Of a DNA stretch of 64,000 bases, positions 54,401 through 62,227 are shown piece by piece. Every line of letters starts with the position of its first letter. The stretch's first letter is position 1. The notes below the pieces were generated by a model. That model did no database searches and was not told the origin of the DNA. It saw only the letters and a list, made by a program, of their open reading frames with translations. Made by a program: the position numbers and the translations under genes. The DNA lies in IMG/VR virus record IMGVR_UViG_3300045912_000789, positions 1 to 64,000 of that record; one strand, given 5' to 3'. The stretch comes from a virus.

Positions 54401-55152
54401 ACCCGAGTGTTCAGTCCGAGATCGTCCGGACCTACTACTACCGCAAGGACCCACTCGACCTGACCTCGACGAGCGGTCTGGCGGTGAACCCGAAGACGGG
54501 CGTGCCGTGGGCGGTGGGCGACACCATCCCGCAGTTCTCCCCCATCGGGGCAGGCGTCGAGATCATCGACCTGTACAACGACCCGAAGTGGTACGTGCCG
54601 TACGTCCGCAGCGGGCTGATGACCGAGATCGAGAAGTTCCACACCTTCCTCGTCCGGTACAACCTGGATTTCGTCACCCTGGCGAACCTCAGCCTGCTCT
54701 TCAACTTCATCACCACGGTGAAGCCGACGTACACGCACCACATGCTCGTGGGTCTTCGGCAGGCCGAGGAGGACATCGACGTCCAGGACGACCTCCGAAT
54801 GACGCTGGTGATGCACCTCTACGACAGCGTCTGCGGATCGCCGCGAGCCTTCATGTACGACGACTACCGCGGCGACGGGACGATCTGGTCCCTGTTCGAT
54901 GACGGGCTCACGTACTACGACGGCATCGTCGACTGCCCGCTCGACATCATCGAGTTCGTCCTCACGATCGTGTGGGGAGGCGGGATCATCACCTACGACT
55001 CGATCTTCTTCTTCGACACGCAGGTGGAGGACGTGAGCGGTACGCTGGGTCCGCCGGGCTCCTTCTTCACCCCGACCTATGATATGAATCTACCGGCAGG
55101 TACCTACCGCGTGACCGCGACGATCAAAGGCGGAGGAGTCGTGCTTCTATGA
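51424..55152 (+). CDS. Baseplate/tail protein with a PKD-like domain (1242 aa)
   Basis: NFPPTAIAGPD..FDGRSSFD.EG.PLTYLW..L.VNDG; GP...VR.G..IL.G.PF; KP.YT late motif. Confidence 0.65.
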   Translation: MALPTSPTWTLADFSGPTLGSLLSLGPSDLTITPSTSPYFSYNDDFSVLTARSADGALAMLDFHVPIPPRFTVEMTLRFPEMPHNLADLESRRAGLTVADDGGRGIAIYFATTGLAVSRVDDFGSVTALPDTTDTTEEIAVTFKTIRVAVDSGLGRAYVFIGNESTVDPEVRFILPVEATPATVLDVFRLFVKGLSTQPSRVEIKALRLAGDLVIPNFPPTAIAGPDRVAPVGQAVRFDGRSSFDIEGAPLTYLWRIFDAPFGSQYAAENSSGSTVDDGDADGFTDLLSFTPNSLPGWVAPGDMLRIGAARHIIATVDNPGGQLTTEAETIPDNLSNVPFRIIDQSALVGSDTETPYLVADVQGVYRVELIVNDGESDSEPAEALASIVGARAPFGVEPDVSPIWKALGDEWQLVRGKEVFEESWRGVAQILAGRLLEVWQHHYNYSLRDAQRTFQRKWVAYRSLITETDPDGAVISPRYGLVRASHEFETSAPAVVGQTLVFEYFTGTSATAVEQRTVILTGTSLASIIADVNAAMVGTGISAFGYALRRGDATYRAIITGGSTTDDGDGDGLTLTLSFPPLSLPSWVAAGDTLVLGGERFTIATVNNPGGSLTITAEELPDNLSGVTFVVYRIARLGFKGMRGFRIASGTAMATLGITTAYNYLEGLDGALVTDRTYYAGDGVDLSEHGVSRGDLLVLNNGQSFRIDRILTAQDDPLPGQRLLLVDELPFDASESWSIPSIVRSTVVDYEFEGAYPGDLVKAEVFDAETNTTTDVLGRVVAQKGTQLAANLTGFFGALLDDERYEIRLLGVKRRKAMPIAEDVVSIPRLQDIIPVNKYDENGAKVPSGQTIWRENEHYVLEPFYRDIGGAPIPQLQFRDSVFIDPDLEPPDIFWAELTIFSNDQNVEDLFGRLAGFLRDDASVFSSDFNYVSGVAGLIYAQQRGPSVEAVRVGAQILFGQPFAEVSGTIEEISDDFSPTTGRMLVRDSTGDPSVQSEIVRTYYYRKDPLDLTSTSGLAVNPKTGVPWAVGDTIPQFSPIGAGVEIIDLYNDPKWYVPYVRSGLMTEIEKFHTFLVRYNLDFVTLANLSLLFNFITTVKPTYTHHMLVGLRQAEEDIDVQDDLRMTLVMHLYDSVCGSPRAFMYDDYRGDGTIWSLFDDGLTYYDGIVDCPLDIIEFVLTIVWGGGIITYDSIFFFDTQVEDVSGTLGPPGSFFTPTYDMNLPAGTYRVTATIKGGGVVLL

Positions 55153-55781
55153 TGATCCTGACGGAGAAGATCGAGGCCACCTGGAACCTCGAAATCGACC
55201 TGATCGAGCGCGGCAAGAAGCGGCGGTGGCATCAGCGCACGCACAACATCGTCGTCAACACCGGACGCCAGATGTTCTGCGAGGTCATCACGCCGCAGTC
55301 GCTCGGGGTCGGCAGCTTCGTCCGGCACCAGGACACGGTCGTCCGCTACATCGGCTTCGGCATCGGCGGCAACCGGCAGAACAGCTCGTCGGCCTCCGGC
55401 GCGCCCTACTCGGTCGACTACCCCGGCACGAACGTGCAGACCGACACCGACGTGACGGTCGCGCGGCTGGAGCGCCCGGTGCGGGTCACCGCGGCCCCGC
55501 TCTGGATGCGGGAGATCTCCACCCCGGGCACGTTCCCCACCACGACCAGCACGCGGTTCATCGCGGTCTTCTCGGAGACCGACATCAACTACGGCGGCTA
55601 CACCAGCGTCCCGCTCTCGGAGATCGGTCTCTACAAGAGCAGCGCGGATCCTTCGCTACCCAACGGGTCGGCGGGAGCGTATCCTGGGACCGGCGGCCAC
55701 ACCATGGCCTACGACACCTTCGACACCATCCACAAGACGGGCCTGTTCTCGATCGAGGTGCGGTGGGAGTTCCGGTTCTGA
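55149..55781 (+). CDS. Tail-collar/baseplate-associated protein
   Basis: HNIVVNTGR..IG.G..L..SEIGLY..F..IHKT..V.WEFRF pattern. Confidence 0.65.
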   Translation: MMILTEKIEATWNLEIDLIERGKKRRWHQRTHNIVVNTGRQMFCEVITPQSLGVGSFVRHQDTVVRYIGFGIGGNRQNSSSASGAPYSVDYPGTNVQTDTDVTVARLERPVRVTAAPLWMREISTPGTFPTTTSTRFIAVFSETDINYGGYTSVPLSEIGLYKSSADPSLPNGSAGAYPGTGGHTMAYDTFDTIHKTGLFSIEVRWEFRF

Positions 55782-55803
55782 GCAACCCGAGCGAGGCTGA
55801 CAC

Positions 55804-58089
55804 ATGGCGATCAAGACGAAGGAGGAGATGTTCGGCGACGGCGGCGGCTTCGGTCCCGCCGTTCCGTACTCCACCACGAACCCTCCGGGCACGAGCGCCG
55901 GGAACCGGGGCATCCAGTTCGGTGAGCAGCTCACAGCGGCCATCGCGAACCGGACCCACTACGCGCTCGCCCTGAACGACGAGGACCTCAACGCCCGCCT
56001 CGCCTCGTTCGAGGTGGGCGGCCTCAACGGCGCCTACGACAACGGCACCGTGGGCCCGTCCGGCGGAGGACGCGACATCACGAAGGACGCCGGCGCGGTC
56101 GAGACCGTCAGCTCGGTGGGCGCGATGTCGGGCGACACCGTCCGGGACAACGCGCACTTCCGGGCGAACGCGCTCGGCGACACCGCCGGCGGCTCGGTCG
56201 GCTTCGACTTCCTCGCTCGTCGCGTCGGCGCGAGCGGCCAGAGCGGATTCGACGCCATCGCCGGCCTGCTCGATCGTCGGGTGTTCGCGAAGACCACCGG
56301 CCTGACGCAGCTCACGAACTCGAACGTCGCCACGCTGAACCCGGGCGGCGCGCTGGCCACCACGGTGCGGCTGTCGGCCGGCCAGTTCCACAGCGGCGGC
56401 AACACGGATCTAGCGCGAGGCTACGATCTCGTCCAGATCAGTGGCACCGCAGGCTCCGACGGTCTCTACATCTTCTCGAACGTCGGCGGCCTGACCACCG
56501 ACGCCATCCTGGAGACCCTGGACGGTGGAGCGCCGGCGTTCGTCGCGAACGAGGCGTGCACGATCACGGTCTACCGGATCCGCTTCGGCACGTTCGGCAG
56601 CTTCACGAACCGCACGCGACTCTCGGCGGCGGTCTCGGTCGGCATGCCGGATGCCACGTCGGCCCTCGATGTCCTCGCTGCGCGGAACCAGAGCGACACC
56701 CCGGCCGGTGGGTCGGATCGCGCTCTCCGGGTGATGCGGAAGAACAACGACGGCTCCACCGAAGAGGGCCTGGTGATCGATCACCTGGGCCGGATGGAGC
56801 AACTGCTCGATCGATCGTCGGACATCATCGACGAAGTCGACAAGAACGTCCGGATGGGCGGTTACTACACGTGGAAGCAGTACGCCACGAACCCCGGAGT
56901 CGGGCACGTCCTCCAGTCGTACTCCACGATCTCGAATCGTTACGACTTCCTGTCCCTCGTGCCGTTCGACCCCGCGGTGGTTCCCGCGATCACGCCGCTG
57001 ACCGGCGTGACCATGACGTTCACGGCGAACTCGCCGGTCACCGGCGAGTTGCTCTTCAACGCGCCGCAGAGCGCGAACCTGCCGTTCTACCTGTTCGGCA
57101 TCGGCATGTTCGTCGAGATTTCGGGAGCCAGCACGGCCAACGGGCTCTACTACGTCGCCGAGCACATCGTGTCCGGTAACCAGGGCTTCCTGCTGCGTCG
57201 CGCCGACAACTCGGTCCCGACGCACTTCCCGGCAGCGGGCACGTGCACGCTCAACGCCGTCTACAGCTCGTCGGGTCTCGGACGGAAGGTGAACTTCCCC
57301 AACGCTCTCGGCCTCTCCGGAAGCGGCGCGACTGTCACCGCACACAACGTCCTCTCGGGCGGTCCCGAGGTGGATTCGGCGGCGCTCGCGCTGTTCATGC
57401 CGGACAAGACCATCGGCGGAGGCACGCGATCGTTCATCAAGATGTTCGCGTCCGCTCCCGGTCTCGGTGACAACTTCGGAGAGGCGGTGTCGATCGACGC
57501 GGATGGTGACATCCGAACGGTTGGCGTCGTCACGTCGCTTGGTCACGTCACCGGTGACCAGATGACGGTCTCCGGTAACTACTTCATCACGTGTGCACAG
57601 ACCGATCGCACGATCAACGTCGATCTGCGGAACGGCTACCCCGAGGAAGACGCATCCGGGAATCCTCTCTGGAGGTTCGACCGCACGAACGGCTGGTGGG
57701 AGCTGATCACCCTGGGCGGTGGTGGCGACTCTGCGCTCTACTTCCCGATCATGTTCACCGGGCGACTGATGCAGACGTATGCGCAGTCGTTCTCGTCGGC
57801 GGGCAGCATCCACACGGTCTACGCGGCTCTCCAGATCACGACCCCGAACTGGGGTACTCCGGCCAATCCCCCTGGTGTCACCAACGCGAACGAGTCCTCG
57901 ATCTCGTTCGGTAACGGCGTCTGGGGCGAGGGCTTCATCAGCCACAGCCTCGGGTCGGGTACGCTGATCAACCTGGGCTCCAACAACTACGCGATTCGCA
58001 TTCGTGGTGAGCGTGTGGGCGACAGGCTGCGGGCCCTCAAGCACGTCGTCCGCTACACCAGAATCGGACCGGGCGGCATCGGAGGCTGA
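55804..58089 (+). CDS. Tail fibre/spike-like protein (761 aa)
   Basis: ANR..AL..N...L N-terminal anchor, LNGAYDNG; G/T/S/N-rich. Confidence 0.6.
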   Translation: MAIKTKEEMFGDGGGFGPAVPYSTTNPPGTSAGNRGIQFGEQLTAAIANRTHYALALNDEDLNARLASFEVGGLNGAYDNGTVGPSGGGRDITKDAGAVETVSSVGAMSGDTVRDNAHFRANALGDTAGGSVGFDFLARRVGASGQSGFDAIAGLLDRRVFAKTTGLTQLTNSNVATLNPGGALATTVRLSAGQFHSGGNTDLARGYDLVQISGTAGSDGLYIFSNVGGLTTDAILETLDGGAPAFVANEACTITVYRIRFGTFGSFTNRTRLSAAVSVGMPDATSALDVLAARNQSDTPAGGSDRALRVMRKNNDGSTEEGLVIDHLGRMEQLLDRSSDIIDEVDKNVRMGGYYTWKQYATNPGVGHVLQSYSTISNRYDFLSLVPFDPAVVPAITPLTGVTMTFTANSPVTGELLFNAPQSANLPFYLFGIGMFVEISGASTANGLYYVAEHIVSGNQGFLLRRADNSVPTHFPAAGTCTLNAVYSSSGLGRKVNFPNALGLSGSGATVTAHNVLSGGPEVDSAALALFMPDKTIGGGTRSFIKMFASAPGLGDNFGEAVSIDADGDIRTVGVVTSLGHVTGDQMTVSGNYFITCAQTDRTINVDLRNGYPEEDASGNPLWRFDRTNGWWELITLGGGGDSALYFPIMFTGRLMQTYAQSFSSAGSIHTVYAALQITTPNWGTPANPPGVTNANESSISFGNGVWGEGFISHSLGSGTLINLGSNNYAIRIRGERVGDRLRALKHVVRYTRIGPGGIGG

Positions 58090-58091
58090 TC

Positions 58092-58283
58092 ATGAAGATC
58101 CTTCAGTGTGGGCAGCCGGGCTGCCTCAACAGCATCTCCTGCCCGGACCAGATGTCCGACGCGGACGTCGAGAAGGTCGCCGAGAAGAACGGCTGGACGA
58201 AGCAGGAGGACGGGACGTGGAAGGGCTGCTCGGCCCCTCAGTCCTGCCCCATGGCGCAGCCCGAGCCGACGGAGGAAGCATGA
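58092..58283 (+). CDS. Small Cys-rich protein
   Basis: GGAGG SD; C..PGC..GW..C..C. Confidence 0.6.
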   Translation: MKILQCGQPGCLNSISCPDQMSDADVEKVAEKNGWTKQEDGTWKGCSAPQSCPMAQPEPTEEA

Positions 58284-58768
58284 ACCCCATCGAGATTATC
58301 TACTCCTGGCAGGCCCTGCTCGTGGCCTGCGCGGCGACCGGGCTGACCCAGCTCACGAAGGTGATCATCGACATCGGGCGCGGGCATCGGCACGCGGTCC
58401 CGACACCGACCGTCCGCGACATGGCGAAGGTCGGCAAGGAGCTGCGCGAGAGCCGAGAGGAGCTGTTCAACCGCGTCCTCAACCGCCTCATCCTGCCGGG
58501 TCTGCCGATCGTCTACGGCACGGCATGCGCGTGCATCGTGCCGGCACGTCCCGAGGTCATCATCGAGTACGCGGCCACCCACGAGATCGCAGGTGCCGGC
58601 CTCTACCTGCTCTTCGCGGCGTGGGGTGCAGCGTGCGGGCAGTTCGCCGACTACCTCTTCTCGAAGGCCAAGGGCGCGATGGAGGTCTTCGCTCGCTCGG
58701 GCGGAAGCTCGTCGAGCAGCTCGAAGCCGCCCGAGGCCGACGAGAAGGACGAGGAGAACGCTGGGTGA
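58280..58768 (+). CDS. Holin-like membrane protein
   Basis: GGAGG SD; about three hydrophobic segments; charged C-terminus. Confidence 0.55.
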   Translation: MNPIEIIYSWQALLVACAATGLTQLTKVIIDIGRGHRHAVPTPTVRDMAKVGKELRESREELFNRVLNRLILPGLPIVYGTACACIVPARPEVIIEYAATHEIAGAGLYLLFAAWGAACGQFADYLFSKAKGAMEVFARSGGSSSSSSKPPEADEKDEENAG

Positions 58769-59466
58769 TGGATCCGGTCTTCCAGGTGTTCAGTGAGGAG
58801 CTGGAGAAGCGCGCGATCAGCGTCGGGCTTCTCCAGCGGACTCTCGCGGGTCGTGCGGCGCAGGGCGTCGGCGGTGCCGCCGCGCTCGGCCGCCAGGTCG
58901 CCGGTGCCGCAGCCGGCGGGGCCACGACGGCGCGCCAGGCTCTCGCTGCCGGCGGCGGGCTCGCGAAGGCGCGCATGGGCGGAGTCGTCGAGGGCGGGCT
59001 CGCCGCGCGCCGTGTCGAGTCAGCGTGGTCGGGCCCGAAGTCCGGGCTGCTCGCTCGCGTGCAGGCCGCCGAGGCGATGCCGGCCGCGCAGCGCTACGAC
59101 ATGTCGCGCCCGCTCCGCACCCACGAAGGCTACATGGGCGGCGAGCACGCGTACTCCGCAGCGCACCTGAAGCTGATCACCGGTGGCGCCGGTGTGATCC
59201 ACGACCCGAAGGGGCTGATGCGTGCGCAGCCGGCCGTGAGCGCGACGGGTGCCACGCAGATCGCTCCCACCCAGATCGCCGACCGCACGCAGCTCGGGCA
59301 AGTCGGTGGTCGTCGGATCTCCACGCCCGGCAACCCGTTCGGCGCCGAGGCTGCTGCGGGTGCGCCGGCTCCGCTCCAGCACATCCACTCCAACCCCGCC
59401 GGAGGCACAGCGGTCGCCAAGGTCCGGCGGCGTCCGCTCGGCGCGCCGGCTCCCGCGATGGCGTGA
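58768..59466 (+). CDS. Gly/Ala-rich putative head-internal protein
   Basis: Starts MDPVFQVFSEELEKRA; low complexity. Confidence 0.55.
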   Translation: MDPVFQVFSEELEKRAISVGLLQRTLAGRAAQGVGGAAALGRQVAGAAAGGATTARQALAAGGGLAKARMGGVVEGGLAARRVESAWSGPKSGLLARVQAAEAMPAAQRYDMSRPLRTHEGYMGGEHAYSAAHLKLITGGAGVIHDPKGLMRAQPAVSATGATQIAPTQIADRTQLGQVGGRRISTPGNPFGAEAAAGAPAPLQHIHSNPAGGTAVAKVRRRPLGAPAPAMA

Positions 59467-59468
59467 TC

Positions 59469-59843
59469 ATGAAGACCTGGTGGACCGAGAAGGGCTGGCC
59501 CTGGCTCAAGGGCAACTGGTGGGTGCTTCTGCTCCTGCCGCTGATGGCGCTCGTCGCGCTGGGCATGATCATGATGCGGGTGATGGGCGGCAAGACGGTC
59601 GTCGTGGATCCGACCGCGGCGGCCGACGAGCGCGCCCGCATCGAGGCCGAGACCCGGGCTCGTCAGCTCGAAGAGGAGCGGAACCGGCTGGCCCTGGAGC
59701 TGGCGGGGGTCACCCGCGAGCGCGACCAGCTCCGCGAGCAGTTCGAGCAGCGGCTCGCCAACGAGGTCCAGGCCCTCCGGGACGACCCCGAGAAGCTCCG
59801 GCAGGCGATGCTGGAGGCCGGCAAGCCGGGGAGGGGCCGATGA
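59469..59843 (+). CDS. i-spanin-like protein
   Basis: N-terminal TM plus long coiled coil. Confidence 0.5.
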   Translation: MKTWWTEKGWPWLKGNWWVLLLLPLMALVALGMIMMRVMGGKTVVVDPTAAADERARIEAETRARQLEEERNRLALELAGVTRERDQLREQFEQRLANEVQALRDDPEKLRQAMLEAGKPGRGR

Positions 59844-60343
59844 GGCTCCTGGCTGCCCTCCTGGCCGTCGTGGCGCTCCTGGGCGCCCCGGAGGCCGTCC
59901 GGGCCCAGGACGAGGCCGCAGAGCCCGCCGTGGAGCCCCGGGAGCCCCCGGACCTGCCCCCGGGGGACGACGTCATCACGGCCGTGGCCGAGGGCTCCAG
60001 GGCGCCCCACAGCGGCATGCTCCTCGACACCGACACCGCCATCCGGTGGACCAACCGGCTGAGCTGGTTCCGGAACGAGCTGCGGCTGGTGATGCGGACC
60101 GACGCGGAGATCCTCGCCGCGGTGCGACGGTCCCACGAGACCGAGCTGCGGCTGGTCCGGGAGAGCTACGAGCGGGAGATCGAGGGGCTGCGCGGCGACC
60201 TTCGGCACCAGGCCGAGACCTTCGCCCAGGCGCAGGCCCGTGAGCACCCCTGGTTCGACACCTTCGCGTTCGGTGCGGTAGTCGGGATCGTGCTCGCCGG
60301 CGTCATCGTAGGTCTCACCGCCTGGGCCGCCAGCTCGATGTGA
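59840..60343 (+). CDS. Secreted coiled-coil protein with a C-terminal TM (spanin-partner-like)
   Basis: Signal peptide (VRA-Q), APHSGMLL, coiled coil, C-terminal TM. Confidence 0.5.
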   Translation: MRLLAALLAVVALLGAPEAVRAQDEAAEPAVEPREPPDLPPGDDVITAVAEGSRAPHSGMLLDTDTAIRWTNRLSWFRNELRLVMRTDAEILAAVRRSHETELRLVRESYEREIEGLRGDLRHQAETFAQAQAREHPWFDTFAFGAVVGIVLAGVIVGLTAWAASSM

Positions 60344-60400
60344 GCAAAGAGCTGGGGAGAGCCCCGGGCCGGCGCCCGGGGATCCCCAGAGGTGCTCACA
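60339..60400. terminator. Long hairpin at a convergent junction
   Basis: TGTGAGCA..CTGGGGA..CCCCGGGC-CGGC-GCCCGGGG-a-TCCCCAG..TGCTCACA. Confidence 0.65.
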
Positions 60401-60791
60401 GACCGGGCAAGACCACCTGAATCCAGGTGTCCAGGACCGCCTTGTCGACCGGCTTGGGGAACCACGGCTCGAAGCCGTCGATCGCCCCTCCCTCGCGCCC
60501 CGACATCACGGCGACCGGGAGCCCGGCTTCCTTGGCCTCGCGGTAGACGCGCTCGCCGGCATTGTCGCGCGGGAACTGCTCGTCTTCGCGGAACGGGAAC
60601 TGCCAGTCCGTGAGGACCGCGCCGATCTCACACTTCACCCCGATGAACTCGGCGCCCTCGCGGATGATGCGCACGGCCGTGACCATCGTGGTCGCGCGCA
60701 CCACCTGCACCTTGTGGAGTCCGAGGAGGCGGGTGATGGCGCGAGCCACGTGATCATCGTCTTCGACGAGCAGGATGCACTTCTTGGTCAT
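60396..60791 (-). CDS. Stand-alone response regulator receiver (CheY-like) protein
   Basis: ILLVEDD, VLTDWQFP (phospho-Asp), VMSG and FPKPV. Confidence 0.85.
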   Translation of the reverse strand: MTKKCILLVEDDDHVARAITRLLGLHKVQVVRATTMVTAVRIIREGAEFIGVKCEIGAVLTDWQFPFREDEQFPRDNAGERVYREAKEAGLPVAVMSGREGGAIDGFEPWFPKPVDKAVLDTWIQVVLPGL

Positions 60792-60811
60792 GTGTTCGGA
60801 TTCTCCTTCTA

Positions 60812-60822
60812 CTGCTCATAGG
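60812..60822 (-). promoter_or_regulatory. Class A motif CCTATGAGCAG inside a ~15-bp IR covering the RBS
   Basis: - strand reads GTGTCGGATTCC-CCTATGAGCAGTAGA-AGGAGAATCCGAACAC-ATG. Confidence 0.7.
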
Positions 60823-60838
60823 GGAATCCGACACGATC

Positions 60839-61441
60839 TCAGCGCTTCTGCCGGGCCTTCCAGTCGAGCCAGTTCTCCCCGTTCGGGCCCCACGGGTCGG
60901 TCTGGGCGTAGGCGCTCAGCTCGTGCTCGGCGTCACGGTAGACGTCACCGCGGCGCATCACCGCCGTGAGCATGTTCATGAGCTGCGAGAGGCCGCCGGA
61001 GAACCACAGCCCGAGGAAGAGGCCGACCGCGAGGCCCCAGTCCCCAGTGACCGGTCCGACGATCAGCATCGTGACGAGGCCCACGAGGAACATCCAGGCC
61101 ATGCGATCCTCCGACTGCCGGACGTGCACGTGCTCGTGCTGCTGCGTTCGGGTCATCGGGGCGCCGAGCGGGGCACGGGCGTTCGGCTGGTAGGCGATGG
61201 CACGGCACAGCGTGGTCGAGTAGCGCCAGAGCGGGATCAGCGCGCGGGTACCATCGGGGAGCTTCGGGACCCACGGCAACTTCCGGGGCTTCACGACCCA
61301 GTCGCGGAACACTGCGGTGAGCACGAGCGTGGGCTCCCAGCGGAAGTCCTTCACCGCGCCGATGCAGAACAGCAGAGCGAGCCAGCCCCAGCCGACGATC
61401 ACGCCGAACGGAGCAGTGAGGGCGAACAGCACGTAGTTCAT
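60839..61441 (-). CDS. Membrane protein with an HExxH motif (putative metallopeptidase)
   Basis: QHEHVHVRQ...EHELSAY; TM helices; GAGGA SD. Confidence 0.6.
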   Translation of the reverse strand: MNYVLFALTAPFGVIVGWGWLALLFCIGAVKDFRWEPTLVLTAVFRDWVVKPRKLPWVPKLPDGTRALIPLWRYSTTLCRAIAYQPNARAPLGAPMTRTQQHEHVHVRQSEDRMAWMFLVGLVTMLIVGPVTGDWGLAVGLFLGLWFSGGLSQLMNMLTAVMRRGDVYRDAEHELSAYAQTDPWGPNGENWLDWKARQKR

Positions 61442-61466
61442 GAGATCCTCTTTCTCGAAGGGTAGC

Positions 61467-61513
61467 AAAAAATAGCGAGAGGGGCGGGGCCCTCACGGAC
61501 CCCACCCCACCTC
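61467..61513 (-). terminator. Rho-independent terminator
   Basis: GGGGTGGGGTCC-GTGA-GGGCCCCGCCCC followed by TATTTTTT. Confidence 0.8.
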
Positions 61514-61762
61514 TTAGGACTCGATCGGCTCGACCTCAGCGGCGTGCTGCATGAGCCGGGTGTACAGGGCTGACTCTCGGTCCTCCAGACCCGCCAGGCT
61601 CACACCGATCTTCTGCGCGAACTCCTTCAGTTGAGGGAGGGTCATCTTGCGCAGCTTGTCGGCGTCGATCACGACCTCCATCCCCGGCGGGAGCGGCTCC
61701 ACACCGGGGATGGGCTGGATCGGCTTGCGTTCCCAGGCGGTCGGCCGGGAGGACGTCAGCCG
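61514..61762 (-). CDS. Rho-N/SAP-like domain, probably the -1 frameshift extension of the upstream gene
   Basis: LRKMTLPQLKEFAQKIGV..L; no good SD/start; in the -1 frame after GGGAAAC. Confidence 0.6.
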   Translation of the reverse strand, partial: RLTSSRPTAWERKPIQPIPGVEPLPPGMEVVIDADKLRKMTLPQLKEFAQKIGVSLAGLEDRESALYTRLMQHAAEVEPIES

Positions 61763-61768
61763 TTTCCC
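61723..61768 (-). other. Putative programmed -1 ribosomal frameshift signal
   Basis: G_GGA_AAC (61768-61762) in the correct phase, one codon before the stop; stem-loop starts 6 nt downstream. Confidence 0.6.
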
Positions 61769-62214
61769 AGCAGCTCGACCTTGATGTCCATGTCCTCGGC
61801 GTTCGCCTTCACCTTCGGGTCGGTGAAGATCTGGACGACGAGGAGGTCGTGGATCTTGCGCTGGAGCGCGATGCTCGTGTCGAGCTTCTCGCCCACCTCC
61901 TTCAGGAGCGCGCGGTCCGCCGCGGTCATGCCGCCGCCCCCGCCGCTCTCGGCCTTGCCGCCCTCGGCCTTGCTGACGGCGTCCTTCTTGCCGCCGCCCG
62001 AGGCCTTCGTCTCGGTCGCCGGGGCGCCCTCGCCCTGGTGCTTCATGATGATCGCGACGCGGTCCTCGGTGCTGAGCGGCATGTAGTCGGGCGACGCCAT
62101 GCCGAGCGCGCGGAGCGCGTCCGTGACCTGCTTGCGCTGCGCGGCGTCCTGGCTGTTGCCCAGCTCGATCCACTTCTCGCGCGACTTCGGCTCGATTCCG
62201 TTCGGGAGTGCCAT
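61756..62214 (-). CDS. Hypothetical protein (152 aa) with a G/A/K linker
   Basis: GAGGAG SD before ATG 62214. Confidence 0.75.
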   Translation of the reverse strand: MALPNGIEPKSREKWIELGNSQDAAQRKQVTDALRALGMASPDYMPLSTEDRVAIIMKHQGEGAPATETKASGGGKKDAVSKAEGGKAESGGGGGMTAADRALLKEVGEKLDTSIALQRKIHDLLVVQIFTDPKVKANAEDMDIKVELLGNG

Positions 62215-62227
62215 CTGTTCTATCTCC

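Noticed and set aside
46408-55781. Bacterial T6SS or extracellular contractile injection system instead of a phage
   Set aside because: Surrounded by phage replication, lysis, sigma and accessory genes, with no host housekeeping genes or T6SS membrane complex
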